A stretch of 64,000 bases of DNA from Pseudoxanthomonas sp. (GTDB taxonomy: Bacteria; Pseudomonadota; Gammaproteobacteria; Xanthomonadales; Xanthomonadaceae), in the NCBI GenBank assembly GCA_041688625.1, contig JBDNHW010000067.1, positions 7,532-71,531 of the forward strand, written 5' to 3'. Shown here piece by piece: positions 1-8,920 of this stretch (position 1 is its first letter; every line of letters begins with the position of its first letter). Under the pieces are notes generated by a model that was not told where the DNA came from, made no database searches, and worked only from the letters and a program-made list of their open reading frames with translations. A program made the position numbers and the translations under genes.

Positions 1-485
1 TGGGTACCGGCCGCCAGCTGTGCAAACGGCGCAAGGTGGCACAGCGCGCGGGCGTAGACCCCACGCTTGAACATCACCACGTGCTCCATCGGATACCAGA
101 AGTCCACCCAGCGCCAATCGTCGAACTCGGGTGTCTCGGTCAGATCCAGGCGCAGGTGGGACTCGTCCCCGACCAGCCGCAGCAGGAACCACACCTGCTT
201 CTGGCCGATGCAGACGTGGCGTTCGTTGCGACGCACGGCACGATGTGGCAGCCGATAGCGCAGCCAGCCTGGGGTGGCGCCCAGAATCTCGACATGCTCG
301 GGGAGCAGGCCGGTTTCCTCGCGCAATTCTCGGTACATGGCCTCGGCCGGAGTCTCATCGGTGTTCATGCCGCCCTGCGGGAACTGCCAGCCGTCCCGGC
401 GCACCCGACGCGCCCAGAACACCTGGCCATCCGGACGCATCAACACTATGCCGACGTTGGGTCGGTAGCCGTCCGGATCGATCAC
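1..485 (-). CDS. rppH: RNA pyrophosphohydrolase (Nudix), runs off the window start
   Basis: Manual translation from GTG at 485: [60 protein letters not shown] (Nudix box). GGAG RBS upstream. Not in the ORF track because it is partial. Confidence 0.95.
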   Translation of the reverse strand, partial: MIDPDGYRPNVGIVLMRPDGQVFWARRVRRDGWQFPQGGMNTDETPAEAMYRELREETGLLPEHVEILGATPGWLRYRLPHRAVRRNERHVCIGQKQVWFLLRLVGDESHLRLDLTETPEFDDWRWVDFWYPMEHVVMFKRGVYARALCHLAPFAQLAAGT

Positions 486-558
486 GATGCGGACTCCTGA
501 AATCCAATGGCTCGACTGTGCCACGCGCGGAGGGATGTCTCAAGCAAACCCGCGACTA

Positions 559-587
559 TTGACAGCCAGCGCTAAGGCGGGAAAAAT
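559..587 (+). promoter_or_regulatory. Putative sigma70 promoter for the tRNA locus
   Basis: TTGACA (559-564), 17 bp, AAAAAT (582-587), about 16 bp before the first tRNA-like sequence. Confidence 0.55.
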
Positions 588-603
588 GGAAGGTTAGATG
601 CGC

Positions 604-652
604 GGCTATGTAGCTCAGCCGGTTAGAGCACGTCACTCATAAGCCTGGGGTC
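604..652 (+). pseudogene. Degenerate 5' half of tRNA-Met(CAT)
   Basis: GGCTATGTAGCTCAGCCGGTTAGAGC (604-629) is identical to 675-700. The anticodon loop CTCATAA is present, but the stem strands CGTCA/GCCTG cannot pair and there is no T arm or 3' acceptor strand. Confidence 0.85.
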
Positions 653-674
653 ATAAGGTAAAATTACGCATCGT

Positions 675-751
675 GGCTATGTAGCTCAGCCGGTTAGAGC
701 GTGGCACTCATAATGCCGAGGTCGGTGGTTCGAGTCCACCTATAGCCACCA
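675..751 (+). tRNA. tRNA-Met(CAT), elongator type
   Basis: Full cloverleaf: acceptor GGCTATG/TATAGCC, D stem GCTC/GAGC, anticodon stem TGGCA/TGCCG with CAT at 709-711, T stem GGTGG-TTCGAGT-CCACC, encoded CCA. Confidence 0.96.
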
Positions 752-886
752 TTTTATCCCTTTAAATCAACAGCTTACTCGCCATCCGCGTGAGCATATG
801 CGACATAGTCGGAGCCGGCGATATCGGGCCAGCGACGACACCAGCTGCTCCTCTCGAAATCCAAAACAGAATCGCCATATTGGCGC

Positions 887-918
887 TGTGACACATTCTG
901 TAACGGTCTTGTGCCACC
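887..918 (+). repeat. Three phased TGT(G/A)(A/C)C direct repeats resembling integrase arm-type sites
   Basis: TGTGACACA (887), TGTAACGGT (899), TGTGCCACC (910), spaced 12 and 11 bp. Confidence 0.4.
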
Positions 919-1243
919 AAAGCTCGAATCTCCGGCTCAGCTCAAGCCGAGATGACCCCAGCACGCTCGGTAGGTGGAACCGCCCCGACGGGCTTTTCAC
1001 AGCAGAAGGGCCTGAGCCGTCCAAGCGTGGGTCTTCCAGTTCGAACGTCCCCATGGCTGTTCAGCTAGCGGCCTGACCGCGGAAAAGAATTCAAAGAGAA
1101 CCGTTCGTCACCTTGTGAATACTTTGGACGCTCTGTCGGACAAGTGCCTGAGCACATCACCGCGATGCCTGATTCGTCTCCCACCTGGCAAATATCATGA
1201 GCCCGCCGAGGCACAACGTGTCCAGATCATTAAATGATCCAGA

Positions 1244-2240
1244 CTATTGGATAAGCAACGCAACTGAGTTCGCGCGCGTAAGGGAAACATAAGCCAGTTG
1301 CGCGGAGTCAGACTCGGAGCCAGCATGGGGCAGCGCGAGCACTGCAACGCGATCAAACTCGAGCCCTTAGCTCGGTGCATGGTGGACACACGTACTGCTG
1401 AAGACTCAACCGAATCGACGCTGTCGGCGTCAAACGTAGTTGTCCTGATGTCTCTTTGATTGAGCACACGAGCCACTTCATCTCGCAACTTGGCGGTTGG
1501 GGCCATCACGCATACCTTTGGAGAGAGACCCGCTCCGGAAAGCGACATCCATTCCACGATACGTCCGATTGCCCGATCAACGGCCTCCTCAACGCTGGAT
1601 GACTTAAAAACCTCGGAGGCAGGGCCATGGGACAGTGACTTGTAGCGGCGATTGTCATCGCTGCCGCCATCAAGATCATCGATATCTCGCCCCTCCAGGA
1701 GGGCTACGGCGAGCTTACGGATCTCGTCTGTTGCCCTGTAATTAAGTTAGAGCTTGCGCGACCGCCCCCGGATGTCAATGCCACAACGCCCCAAGACAGC
1801 TTTGTGCTTGGAGTAGATTCGTTGGTGCCCATCGCCGACACAAAACAGGTCGTTGCGTCCCGCTGGCACGATCGCCCTGATCAACCTCAGTACTTGTGGT
1901 CCGAAATCTTGGGTCTCGTGGATAACCAACGCAGAGTACGCAACATCACCGGAATTCTCTGCCAGCAGCTGAGCCCCATCACTGTAAGCGTCGTCCACGT
2001 CCTTCAGGCGCTTGGCGCTGAGTTGAGCTCGATATTCTTCGATCACCGGCCACGCCAGATCCCTCTTGCTCCGTGACAAGACTGCTTTTCGCCCCACTCG
2101 ACTGACACGACGGTAGTCATCCAAAGTCGCAATACCTTGGGCTGCCACTATCTGTTCCCATTCCTCTGTGTAGAACGCATCCTCCAAGCCAGCTTCCGGG
2201 GCAGCGACCTGCATGGCACGACCCCAAGCCTCGGGATCAC
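1244..2240 (-). pseudogene. UvrD/SF1-like helicase, 5'-truncated, with nonsense codon and frameshift
   Basis: ALVIHETQDF (Walker B D>H), VGDGHQRIY, RKL*LNYR with in-frame TAA at 1747-1749, STMHRAKG then a 1-nt shift at about 1364 into LEFDRVAV...YVSLTRA, TAG at 1244-1246. No Walker A region. Confidence 0.85.
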
Positions 2241-2447
2241 GGAGTCTGTCTCGTGATTGCCGTGGATGAACCATGTATCGACATGGTGACCGATTGCAGC
2301 TTCCAGCCACGGACCCACCAGCTCCGGCGGATCAAGATCGCCGACCAGCACGATCGCCTTGGGCGGCGATCTGTCCCACAACGCACGCCGAAGCGTCCGC
2401 AAGTCGCCGTGGACGTCGCCGCACAACCACATTTCGTCTGATTGCAT
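2240..2447 (-). pseudogene. N-terminal fragment of a calcineurin-like metallophosphoesterase
   Basis: GDVHG, VGD and HGNHE motifs in ORF 2148..2447. Sequence switches to the helicase fragment just after HGNHE. Confidence 0.75.
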
Positions 2448-2844
2448 GACCGCCCCCGATTCCCGTGACGGGTTGGATAGCTCAACGCGTTAAAGGCCTA
2501 TCTCGCGGCAAGAAGCTCAGAGCTTCGCATTCTGGACTGCTGCCACTGCGTACCGTCCGTGCATCGACAACGTAATTTCGCCGGTGCCTTTCCAGAGTAC
2601 AGAGGTCTGGGAACACGGAGCGTCATGACAGCGTATCAATTTGGCCCGGGTCACACCGCGCCCCGATGGGCGCGCGCCACGGCAGGAGTTGCTCTCCCAA
2701 GACGCAGGGACTCAGGCAGTGCTTTTAGGACTGAACTCTTGGCAGCTGATGAACAGTGACCGAAGGTTCCCACCAATGCCCCTCCCGCGGGCGCCGCGGC
2801 CACCAACGCCGCTGCCACCGGTGCCGCTCCCACTAGCCACGCGC

Positions 2845-3468
2845 TCAGGGATCGGCCAGCAACGCCGCGATCAATCCCGACTGGCGCACGGCCTGGCGCT
2901 CGCGACGCAGGCGGCTGGCGACGAAAATCGCGCACATTTCCTCGACCGCGACGTCGAACACCTCGTTGACGATGACGTAGTCGAACTCGGCGTAGTACGA
3001 CATTTCCTCGCGCGCCGCCGCCAGCCGCTGGGCCATGACCACTTCGCTGTCCTGCCCGCGCGCGCGCATGCGCTGCTCCAGCGCCTGGCGCGAAGGCGGC
3101 AGGATGAAAACGCTGACCGCATCGGGCACCTTGGCGCGCACCTGGCGCGCGCCCTGCCAATCGATCTCCAGCAGCACGTCCTTGCCCGCGCACAGCTGCG
3201 GCTCGACCGACTGGCGGGCGGTGCCCTTCCAGTCGCCGTGGACGCGGGCGTACTCGAAGAAGTCCCCGGCGTCGATCATCTGCTGGAACTCGCCTGCATC
3301 GACGAAGTTGTAGTGCTGGGCGTGGCGCTCGCCCGGGCGCGGCGCGCGCGAGGTGAAGGAGATCGACAGCGCGATCTGCGGATCCCGTGCGAGCACCGCG
3401 TTGACGATGCTGCTCTTGCCGGCGCCCGAGGGCGCGGCGACCACGTACAGGGTTCCGCGCATGCTCAT
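2845..3468 (-). CDS. gmk: Guanylate kinase
   Basis: APSGAGKSS P-loop, SFTSRAPRPGE, YARVHGDWKGT. Confidence 0.97.
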   Translation of the reverse strand: MSMRGTLYVVAAPSGAGKSSIVNAVLARDPQIALSISFTSRAPRPGERHAQHYNFVDAGEFQQMIDAGDFFEYARVHGDWKGTARQSVEPQLCAGKDVLLEIDWQGARQVRAKVPDAVSVFILPPSRQALEQRMRARGQDSEVVMAQRLAAAREEMSYYAEFDYVIVNEVFDVAVEEMCAIFVASRLRRERQAVRQSGLIAALLADP

Positions 3469-3480
3469 TGGCCCGCTTTC

Positions 3481-4341
3481 CTACTCAATGTTCTGCACCT
3501 GTTCGCGGATCTGGTCGATCAGGACCTTGAGCTCCACGGCGATGTTGGTGGTGCGCACGTCCACCGATTTGGAACCCAGGGTGTTGGCCTCGCGATTGAA
3601 CTCCTGAAGCAGGAAATCCAGGCGCCGGCCCACCGGTTCGGCCTGCTTGAGGATGCGGCGTATCTCGAGAACGTGGCTGTCGAGGCGGTCGAGTTCTTCA
3701 TCGACGTCGAGCTTCTGCAGCCAGATCACCAGCTCCTGCTCCAGCCGCCCGGGATCCGCCGGCTGCCCCAGGTCGGCCAGCCGCGCTTCCATCTTCTGTC
3801 GCTGGCCCGCACGGATCAACGGCACCAGCTCACGCGCCTCGGCGGCGCGCGCGGCCACGGCGTCCACGCGCTCGCGTATCGCCGCGGCCAGGTTCGCCCC
3901 CTCGCGCTCGCGCGCGGCGACGAACTGGTCGAGCAAGGTGTCCAGCAGTGCCAACGCTTCACCCTGCAGCAGCTCCGGATCGATCGAGCGCGTCTGCAGC
4001 ACACCGGGGTATTGCAGCAGGTCGATGAACTCGGTGCGCAGCGCCGGGAAGCGCGAGGTCATGTCGAGTGCGAGTTCGGACAGCTGCCGCAGGAGCGTGG
4101 CGTTCAACTGCAGGTTCGCCTCGTTTTCACTCCCGCGCAGGCGCAGGCTGAAGTCGAGCTTGCCGCGCGCGATGCGCGAGGAGATGCGCTCCCGGAGCGC
4201 CGGCTCCAGCGCGCGCATTTCCTCGGGCAGGCGCAGCGCCAGTTCGAGGAAACGATGGTTGACCGAGCGCAGCTCGCAAGCCAGCATTCCGCCGTCGATG
4301 GCGCGTTCGACGGTCGCGTAGGCAGTCATGCTGCGGATCAT
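3481..4341 (-). CDS. yicC: YicC/YloC family endoribonuclease
   Basis: MIRSMTAYA...RSVNHRFLE...GRRLDFLLQEFNREANTLGSK. Start set at ATG 4341, not at the ORF-track extension. Confidence 0.95.
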   Translation of the reverse strand: MIRSMTAYATVERAIDGGMLACELRSVNHRFLELALRLPEEMRALEPALRERISSRIARGKLDFSLRLRGSENEANLQLNATLLRQLSELALDMTSRFPALRTEFIDLLQYPGVLQTRSIDPELLQGEALALLDTLLDQFVAAREREGANLAAAIRERVDAVAARAAEARELVPLIRAGQRQKMEARLADLGQPADPGRLEQELVIWLQKLDVDEELDRLDSHVLEIRRILKQAEPVGRRLDFLLQEFNREANTLGSKSVDVRTTNIAVELKVLIDQIREQVQNIE

Positions 4342-4404
4342 GGAGTGCCCCGGCTGCGTGGAGCGCGAATGGTAACCTAGTGGGCCCCGAAACCCGGATC
4401 GCAC

Positions 4405-5130
4405 ATGCCCCTCGCCCGCCCCAGTGGCCGCCTCGCCGACCAGATGCGCACTGTCGTGATCCAGCGCGGCTACACGCGCCACGCGGAGGGTTCGGTACTG
4501 GTCTCCTTCGGCGACACCCGGGTGCTGTGTACCGCCAGCGTGGACAACCGCGTGCCGGGTTTCCTGCGCGGCAAGGGCGAGGGCTGGGTCACCGCTGAAT
4601 ACGGAATGCTCCCGCGCGCCACCCACAGCCGCAGCGATCGCGAAGCCTCGCGCGGCAAGCAGGGCGGGCGCACGCTGGAGATCCAGCGCCTGATCGGCCG
4701 CGCGCTGCGCGCCTGCGTCGATCGCGGCGCCCTGGGCGAGCGCACCATTACCCTGGACTGCGACGTGCTGCAGGCCGACGGCGGCACCCGCACCGCGGCC
4801 ATCACCGGCGCCTACGTGGCCCTGGTCGATGCGGTGAACTGGCTTAAAAGCCGCCATGAGATCAAGCGCGAGCCGATCCACGGCGCCGTCGCCGCGGTGT
4901 CGGTGGGCATCTACGGCGGTGAGCCGGTGCTCGACCTCGATTACCCCGAAGACAGCAACTGCGACACCGACATGAACCTGGTGATGAACGACGGCGGCGG
5001 TTTCATCGAGCTGCAGGGCACGGCCGAAGGCCATGCGTTCCGTCGTGACGAATTGAACGCGATGCTGGCCCTTGGCGAAAAGGGCATCGCCGAGCTGTTC
5101 CAGGCGCAGCGCGCGGCGCTGGCCGGCTGA
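4405..5130 (+). CDS. rph: Ribonuclease PH
   Basis: [37 protein letters not shown]. Confidence 0.97.
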   Translation: MPLARPSGRLADQMRTVVIQRGYTRHAEGSVLVSFGDTRVLCTASVDNRVPGFLRGKGEGWVTAEYGMLPRATHSRSDREASRGKQGGRTLEIQRLIGRALRACVDRGALGERTITLDCDVLQADGGTRTAAITGAYVALVDAVNWLKSRHEIKREPIHGAVAAVSVGIYGGEPVLDLDYPEDSNCDTDMNLVMNDGGGFIELQGTAEGHAFRRDELNAMLALGEKGIAELFQAQRAALAG

Positions 5131-5184
5131 GCGGCACTGCGGCCGACGCTGAAGAACAGCACGACTTTCCGCCGACCCGCCGAC

Positions 5185-5577
5185 ATGCTTCAGTTCCTGA
5201 GCCTGGTGACCTTGGTCGTCGATGACTATGACACCGCCATCGCCCACTACACCGGCGCGCTCGGCTTCACCTTGCTGGAGGACACCGACCGCGGCGCGGG
5301 CAAGCGCTGGGTGCGAGTCGCCCCGCCGGGCAGCCGGGAAACCGCGCTGCTGCTGGCGCGGGCGGTCAACGACTCGCAGCGCGCGTCGATCGGCAACCAG
5401 ACCGGCGGACGGGTGGCGTTGTTCCTGCAGACGGACGACTTCTGGCGCGACTACGAATGCTTGCGCGCCAACGGCGTCCACTTCACCGAAGCGCCGCGCG
5501 TCGAACCCTACGCCACCGTGGCGGTGTTCCAGGACCATTACGGCAACCGCTGGGACCTGCTGCAGCCTTCCACATGA
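5185..5577 (+). CDS. VOC/glyoxalase family protein
   Basis: LVVDDYDTAIAHY...GKRWVRV...FQDHYGNRWDLLQ. Confidence 0.9.
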   Translation: MLQFLSLVTLVVDDYDTAIAHYTGALGFTLLEDTDRGAGKRWVRVAPPGSRETALLLARAVNDSQRASIGNQTGGRVALFLQTDDFWRDYECLRANGVHFTEAPRVEPYATVAVFQDHYGNRWDLLQPST

Positions 5578-6194
5578 CCGACCCACAGGCTGATCCACGC
5601 TTGAAACTGATCCTGGCCTCGTCCAACCAAGGCAAGCTCGATGAGCTTCGCGCCCTGCTGGCGGACGCGTCCGTCGAACTCACCGCGCAGTCCGAACTCG
5701 GCGTGGGCGACGCCGATGAGACCGCCAGCACGTTTGTGGAAAACGCGCTGATCAAGGCCCGCCACGCCTGCCAGGCCACAGGCCTGCCTGCGCTGGCCGA
5801 CGACTCCGGACTGTGCGTGGACGCGCTGCACGGTGCGCCGGGGCTGTACTCGGCCCGCTATGCCGGTGCACATGGCGATGCCGAAGCGAACATCGACACG
5901 CTCCTCGCGGCGATGCAGGACGTGCCGACGGAGGCGCGCGGCGCGCATTTCTACTGCGTGCTGGTGCTGCTGCGACACGCACAGGATCCGCAGCCGCTGA
6001 TCGTCGAAGGGCTGTGGCGCGGCCGCATCCTGCCGGCGCGGCGCGGCAGCGGCGGGCACGGATACGACCCGGTGTTCATGGATCCCGTGCATGGGCAGTC
6101 CGCGGCGGAGATGAGCCTGGCGCTGAAGCACCGCATCAGCCATCGCGGCCTGGCGCTGGCGCTGCTGAAGCAGCGCCTGGCACTGCTGCAGTAG
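5574..6194 (+). CDS. rdgB: dITP/XTP pyrophosphatase
   Basis: LASSNQGKL, TFVENALIKA, ADDSGL, GHGYDPVF, SHRG. ATGA overlap with the VOC gene. Confidence 0.95.
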   Translation: MTDPQADPRLKLILASSNQGKLDELRALLADASVELTAQSELGVGDADETASTFVENALIKARHACQATGLPALADDSGLCVDALHGAPGLYSARYAGAHGDAEANIDTLLAAMQDVPTEARGAHFYCVLVLLRHAQDPQPLIVEGLWRGRILPARRGSGGHGYDPVFMDPVHGQSAAEMSLALKHRISHRGLALALLKQRLALLQ

Positions 6195-6255
6195 AAGCGG
6201 CGATGCCCGCGATGACGCGCGTGATAAAAAGTTCGCGGGCAGGGCCCGCTCCTAC
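6191..6255. repeat. GTAG-type REP doublet, family A (GTAGGAGCGGGCCCTGCCCGCGA)
   Basis: Degenerate forward copy 6191-6213 overlaps the rdgB stop. Inverted copy TCGCGGGCAGGGCCCGCTCCTAC at 6233-6255. Confidence 0.8.
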
Positions 6256-6264
6256 AATGGACGC

Positions 6265-7419
6265 ATGCTGATCCCGCCGCCCCTGTCGCTGTACGTGCAC
6301 CTGCCGTGGTGCGTACGCAAATGCCCTTACTGCGACTTCAATTCGCATGAGGGCAAGGGCGTGCTGCCGTTCGCCGGCTATGTGGATGCGCTGATACGCG
6401 ACCTCGACCACGACCTGCCGCTGGTCTGGGGCAGAACCGTGCGCAGCGTGTTCTTCGGCGGCGGCACGCCCAGCCTGTTCCCGCCCGCGCAGATCGACCG
6501 GTTCCTGCAGGCGGCCAGCAGCCGGCTGCGCTTTGCACCCGGGCTGGAGGTGACCCTGGAGACCAATCCCGGCACGGCCGAACACGGGCGCTTCGAGGAC
6601 TACCGCCAGGCCGGCATCAACCGCATCAGCTTCGGCATCCAGAGCTTCGACGACGAATGCCTGCGCCGTCTCGGGCGCATCCACGACAGCGCTCAGGCCG
6701 ATCGTGCGGTGAAGCTTGCGCAGGACGCCGGCTTCGACAACTTCAACCTCGACCTGATGTATGCGCTGCCCGGACAGAGCCTGGCCATGGCCGAAGTCGA
6801 CCTGCAGCGGGCCTTCGCCCTGCAGCCGGCGCACATCTCGCATTATCAGCTCACTTTGGAGCCGAACACGGTGTTCTTCGCCCGTCCTCCCGGCGGGATT
6901 CCCGACGAGGACGCGGCCTGGGACATCCAGGAACACTGCCAGGCGCTGCTCGAGCAGGCCGGCTATTCGCAATACGAAGTCAGCGCTTATGCCCGCCCGG
7001 GCCGCGAGTGCCGCCACAACCTCAACTACTGGCGCTACGGCGATTACCTGGGCATCGGCGCCGGCGCACATGGCAAGCTCACCCTCGGATCGGAACAGGA
7101 CATCCTGCGGCGCTGGAAGACCCGCCATCCGACGGCCTACCTCGCCAACGCGGGAACCGAAGCGGCCATTGGCGGCGACGAAAGGATCGGCGCGGCGCGT
7201 CGGCCCTTCGAGTTCATGCTGAACGCGCTGCGCCTCAATGCAGGCTTTGCGCTGTCCGAGTTCGAGGCCTCCACGGGGCTGGCCCGGCAAGTCATTGCGC
7301 CCCAACTGGCCGAAGCGCGGGAACGGGGTTGGCTGGTGGAGACAGGGGGATCGGTGGCGCCCACCGAGCTGGGCCGGCGCTTCACCAACGACGTCACCGC
7401 GCTGTTTCTCCGGCAGTAG
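6265..7419 (+). CDS. hemW: Radical SAM heme chaperone HemW
   Basis: LYVHLPWCVRKCPYCDF, FFGGGTPS, HNLNYWRYGDYLGIGAGAHG; follows rdgB. Confidence 0.93.
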   Translation: MLIPPPLSLYVHLPWCVRKCPYCDFNSHEGKGVLPFAGYVDALIRDLDHDLPLVWGRTVRSVFFGGGTPSLFPPAQIDRFLQAASSRLRFAPGLEVTLETNPGTAEHGRFEDYRQAGINRISFGIQSFDDECLRRLGRIHDSAQADRAVKLAQDAGFDNFNLDLMYALPGQSLAMAEVDLQRAFALQPAHISHYQLTLEPNTVFFARPPGGIPDEDAAWDIQEHCQALLEQAGYSQYEVSAYARPGRECRHNLNYWRYGDYLGIGAGAHGKLTLGSEQDILRRWKTRHPTAYLANAGTEAAIGGDERIGAARRPFEFMLNALRLNAGFALSEFEASTGLARQVIAPQLAEARERGWLVETGGSVAPTELGRRFTNDVTALFLRQ

Positions 7420-7503
7420 GCGCAACGGCGGATGGCGTCGTCGGAGCCGCGACTACGGGAATGTGTTGAGAATCCCGGCCGCCGGGAACTCGCGAAACCT
7501 TCC

Positions 7504-8522
7504 ATGGCTGGTGCACCAACGCCCTCCACGCCAGGCGCCACCGCGCTGGCCACGATCGCCACCTCGCCACTGCTGCCGCCCCGGGTGCGCCGGATCCTGG
7601 ATGTGCTGTTCGTCCAGATGTCGCGGGACCTCACTGCGCGCATCAACCGGATGCTGGTGGACGTGGAGCAGCAGTTGTTCCACCAGGCCGAGCGCGCACG
7701 CTCAAACGATCTGCAGTCGCGGCACTTCGGCAACCTCAATGCGCGGCCGCCAGGGGCAAGGACCGGCTGGAAGTCGCCAAGGGGCGCGCCGAATCAACCA
7801 TCCAGGCGGCGCTGGCCGAGAAGCAGTCGCCCAAGTTCGTGCAGGCGCTGCTCAACCAGGCGTGGGCCGACGTGCTGACTCTGAACCTCCTGCGCAACGG
7901 CCAGGAGTCGCAGGAATGGCGGGGCTCGGTGGACCTGACCGAACGCATTGCGCTGATCACGTCCACCAGCGCTGAAGCAGCGCCTGAACCTGACGAGGTC
8001 CTGACCAGCCGAATCGAGCAGTCCCTCGCGCAGGCGGGCTATCACAAGGACGAATCAGAGGCGATAGCGCGCCGCCTTTCCAGCGCGGGTGGAGAGGATG
8101 AAACGACCTCGCGCACCGAGCTCACCGCGCGCGTCATGAACCGCCAGCGTCTCGGCGAAAAGGCCGTGCCGCAGAAGAAGACCGCGCAGCTGCCGCGCAC
8201 GCCAGAGGAGCAGGAGTGCCATGCCTACCTGCGCACCCTGCCGTTCGGAAGCTGGTTCGAGTTCGTGACCAACCAGCAGGCCGAGACCCGCCGCCATCGG
8301 CTATCCTGGTTCAGTCCGGTCACCGACAACGCGCTATTCGTCAACCAGCGCGGACAGCGCATCGGCGAACAGTCGCAGGACAGCCTGGCCCGGCTGATGG
8401 CGCGCGACCAGGTGCGCGTGGTCACCGAGGACAAGGGCCGGCTGATCGATCGCGCGTGGCAGGCGACGGTGAAGGCGCTGCGCAGCTTCGCAGGCGGCAC
8501 CACTGAAGGAGCCACCGCATGA
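7504..8522 (+). pseudogene. DUF1631-like protein with large internal deletion and frameshift
   Basis: N-part (7504-7742, ...EQQLFHQAERARSNDLQ...) joins out of frame to a C-part (from about 7743, AAARGKDRLE...WFEF...LSWFSPVTDNALFVNQRG). Family name is recalled from the hemW/PilZ context. Confidence 0.7.
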
Positions 8523-8864
8523 GGAGCGAGGCCAGGCGGGCGCAGCGACGTGTCGCGCACGAAGCGATCACCGTTGTCGACGCCATGACCGAAAACCGTC
8601 GGGCGCGTCGGCAACCTGTCCGAATCCGGCATGCTGCTGGTGGTCAACGCCGCGCTGCACGAGGACGCCCTCTACCAGCTGCGCTTCGACCTGATCGACG
8701 CTGCCGCTCGGGCCACGCCGGTCGAGGTCGGCGCGCACCTGCTGTGGATCGGCAACGCCAATACTCCCGGGCAAAGCTGGGCCGGACTGCGCTTCCTGAC
8801 CGTTGGCGACGGTCACCTGGCCGCACTGCGCCGCTGGATCGAGAGCGCGCCGCCGCTTCGTTAG
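8519..8864 (+). pseudogene. PilZ-domain protein with frameshift at about 8594-8597
   Basis: RRAQRR (RxxxR) in frame 1, then VGRVGNLSESGML (NxSxxG)...AGLRF in a second frame ending at TAG 8862-8864. Confidence 0.8.
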
Positions 8865-8920
8865 GGAGCGGCAGAAAGCGATTTGCGTCAAAATCGGGAC
8901 ATTCCGAACGAGTGACCGCG

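Larger units (their letters stand above)
752..2640. mobile_element. Decayed tRNA-anchored genomic island remnant, no integrase left
   Basis: Visibly more AT-rich than the flanks, begins at the tRNA 3' end, has att-like motifs and contains only broken genes. Right boundary is approximate. Confidence 0.6.

Noticed and set aside
675-751. tRNA as initiator Met or Ile2(CAT)
   Set aside because: G1-C72 is paired and the three G-C anticodon pairs are absent, so it is not an initiator. The GGCTA-GTAGCTCAG start resembles elongator Met. Ile2 is less likely but not formally excluded.
767-1054. Small ORFs next to the tRNA as an integrase or excisionase
   Set aside because: No R-H-R-Y tyrosine recombinase, serine recombinase or HTH motifs were recognisable.
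3481-5598. 705-aa YicC fusion
   Set aside because: The upstream part is the antisense of rph and the VOC gene; YicC homology starts at 4341.
6265-7419. Second hemN paralogue as a duplication
   Set aside because: Motifs and the rdgB context identify HemW, a normal companion of HemN.
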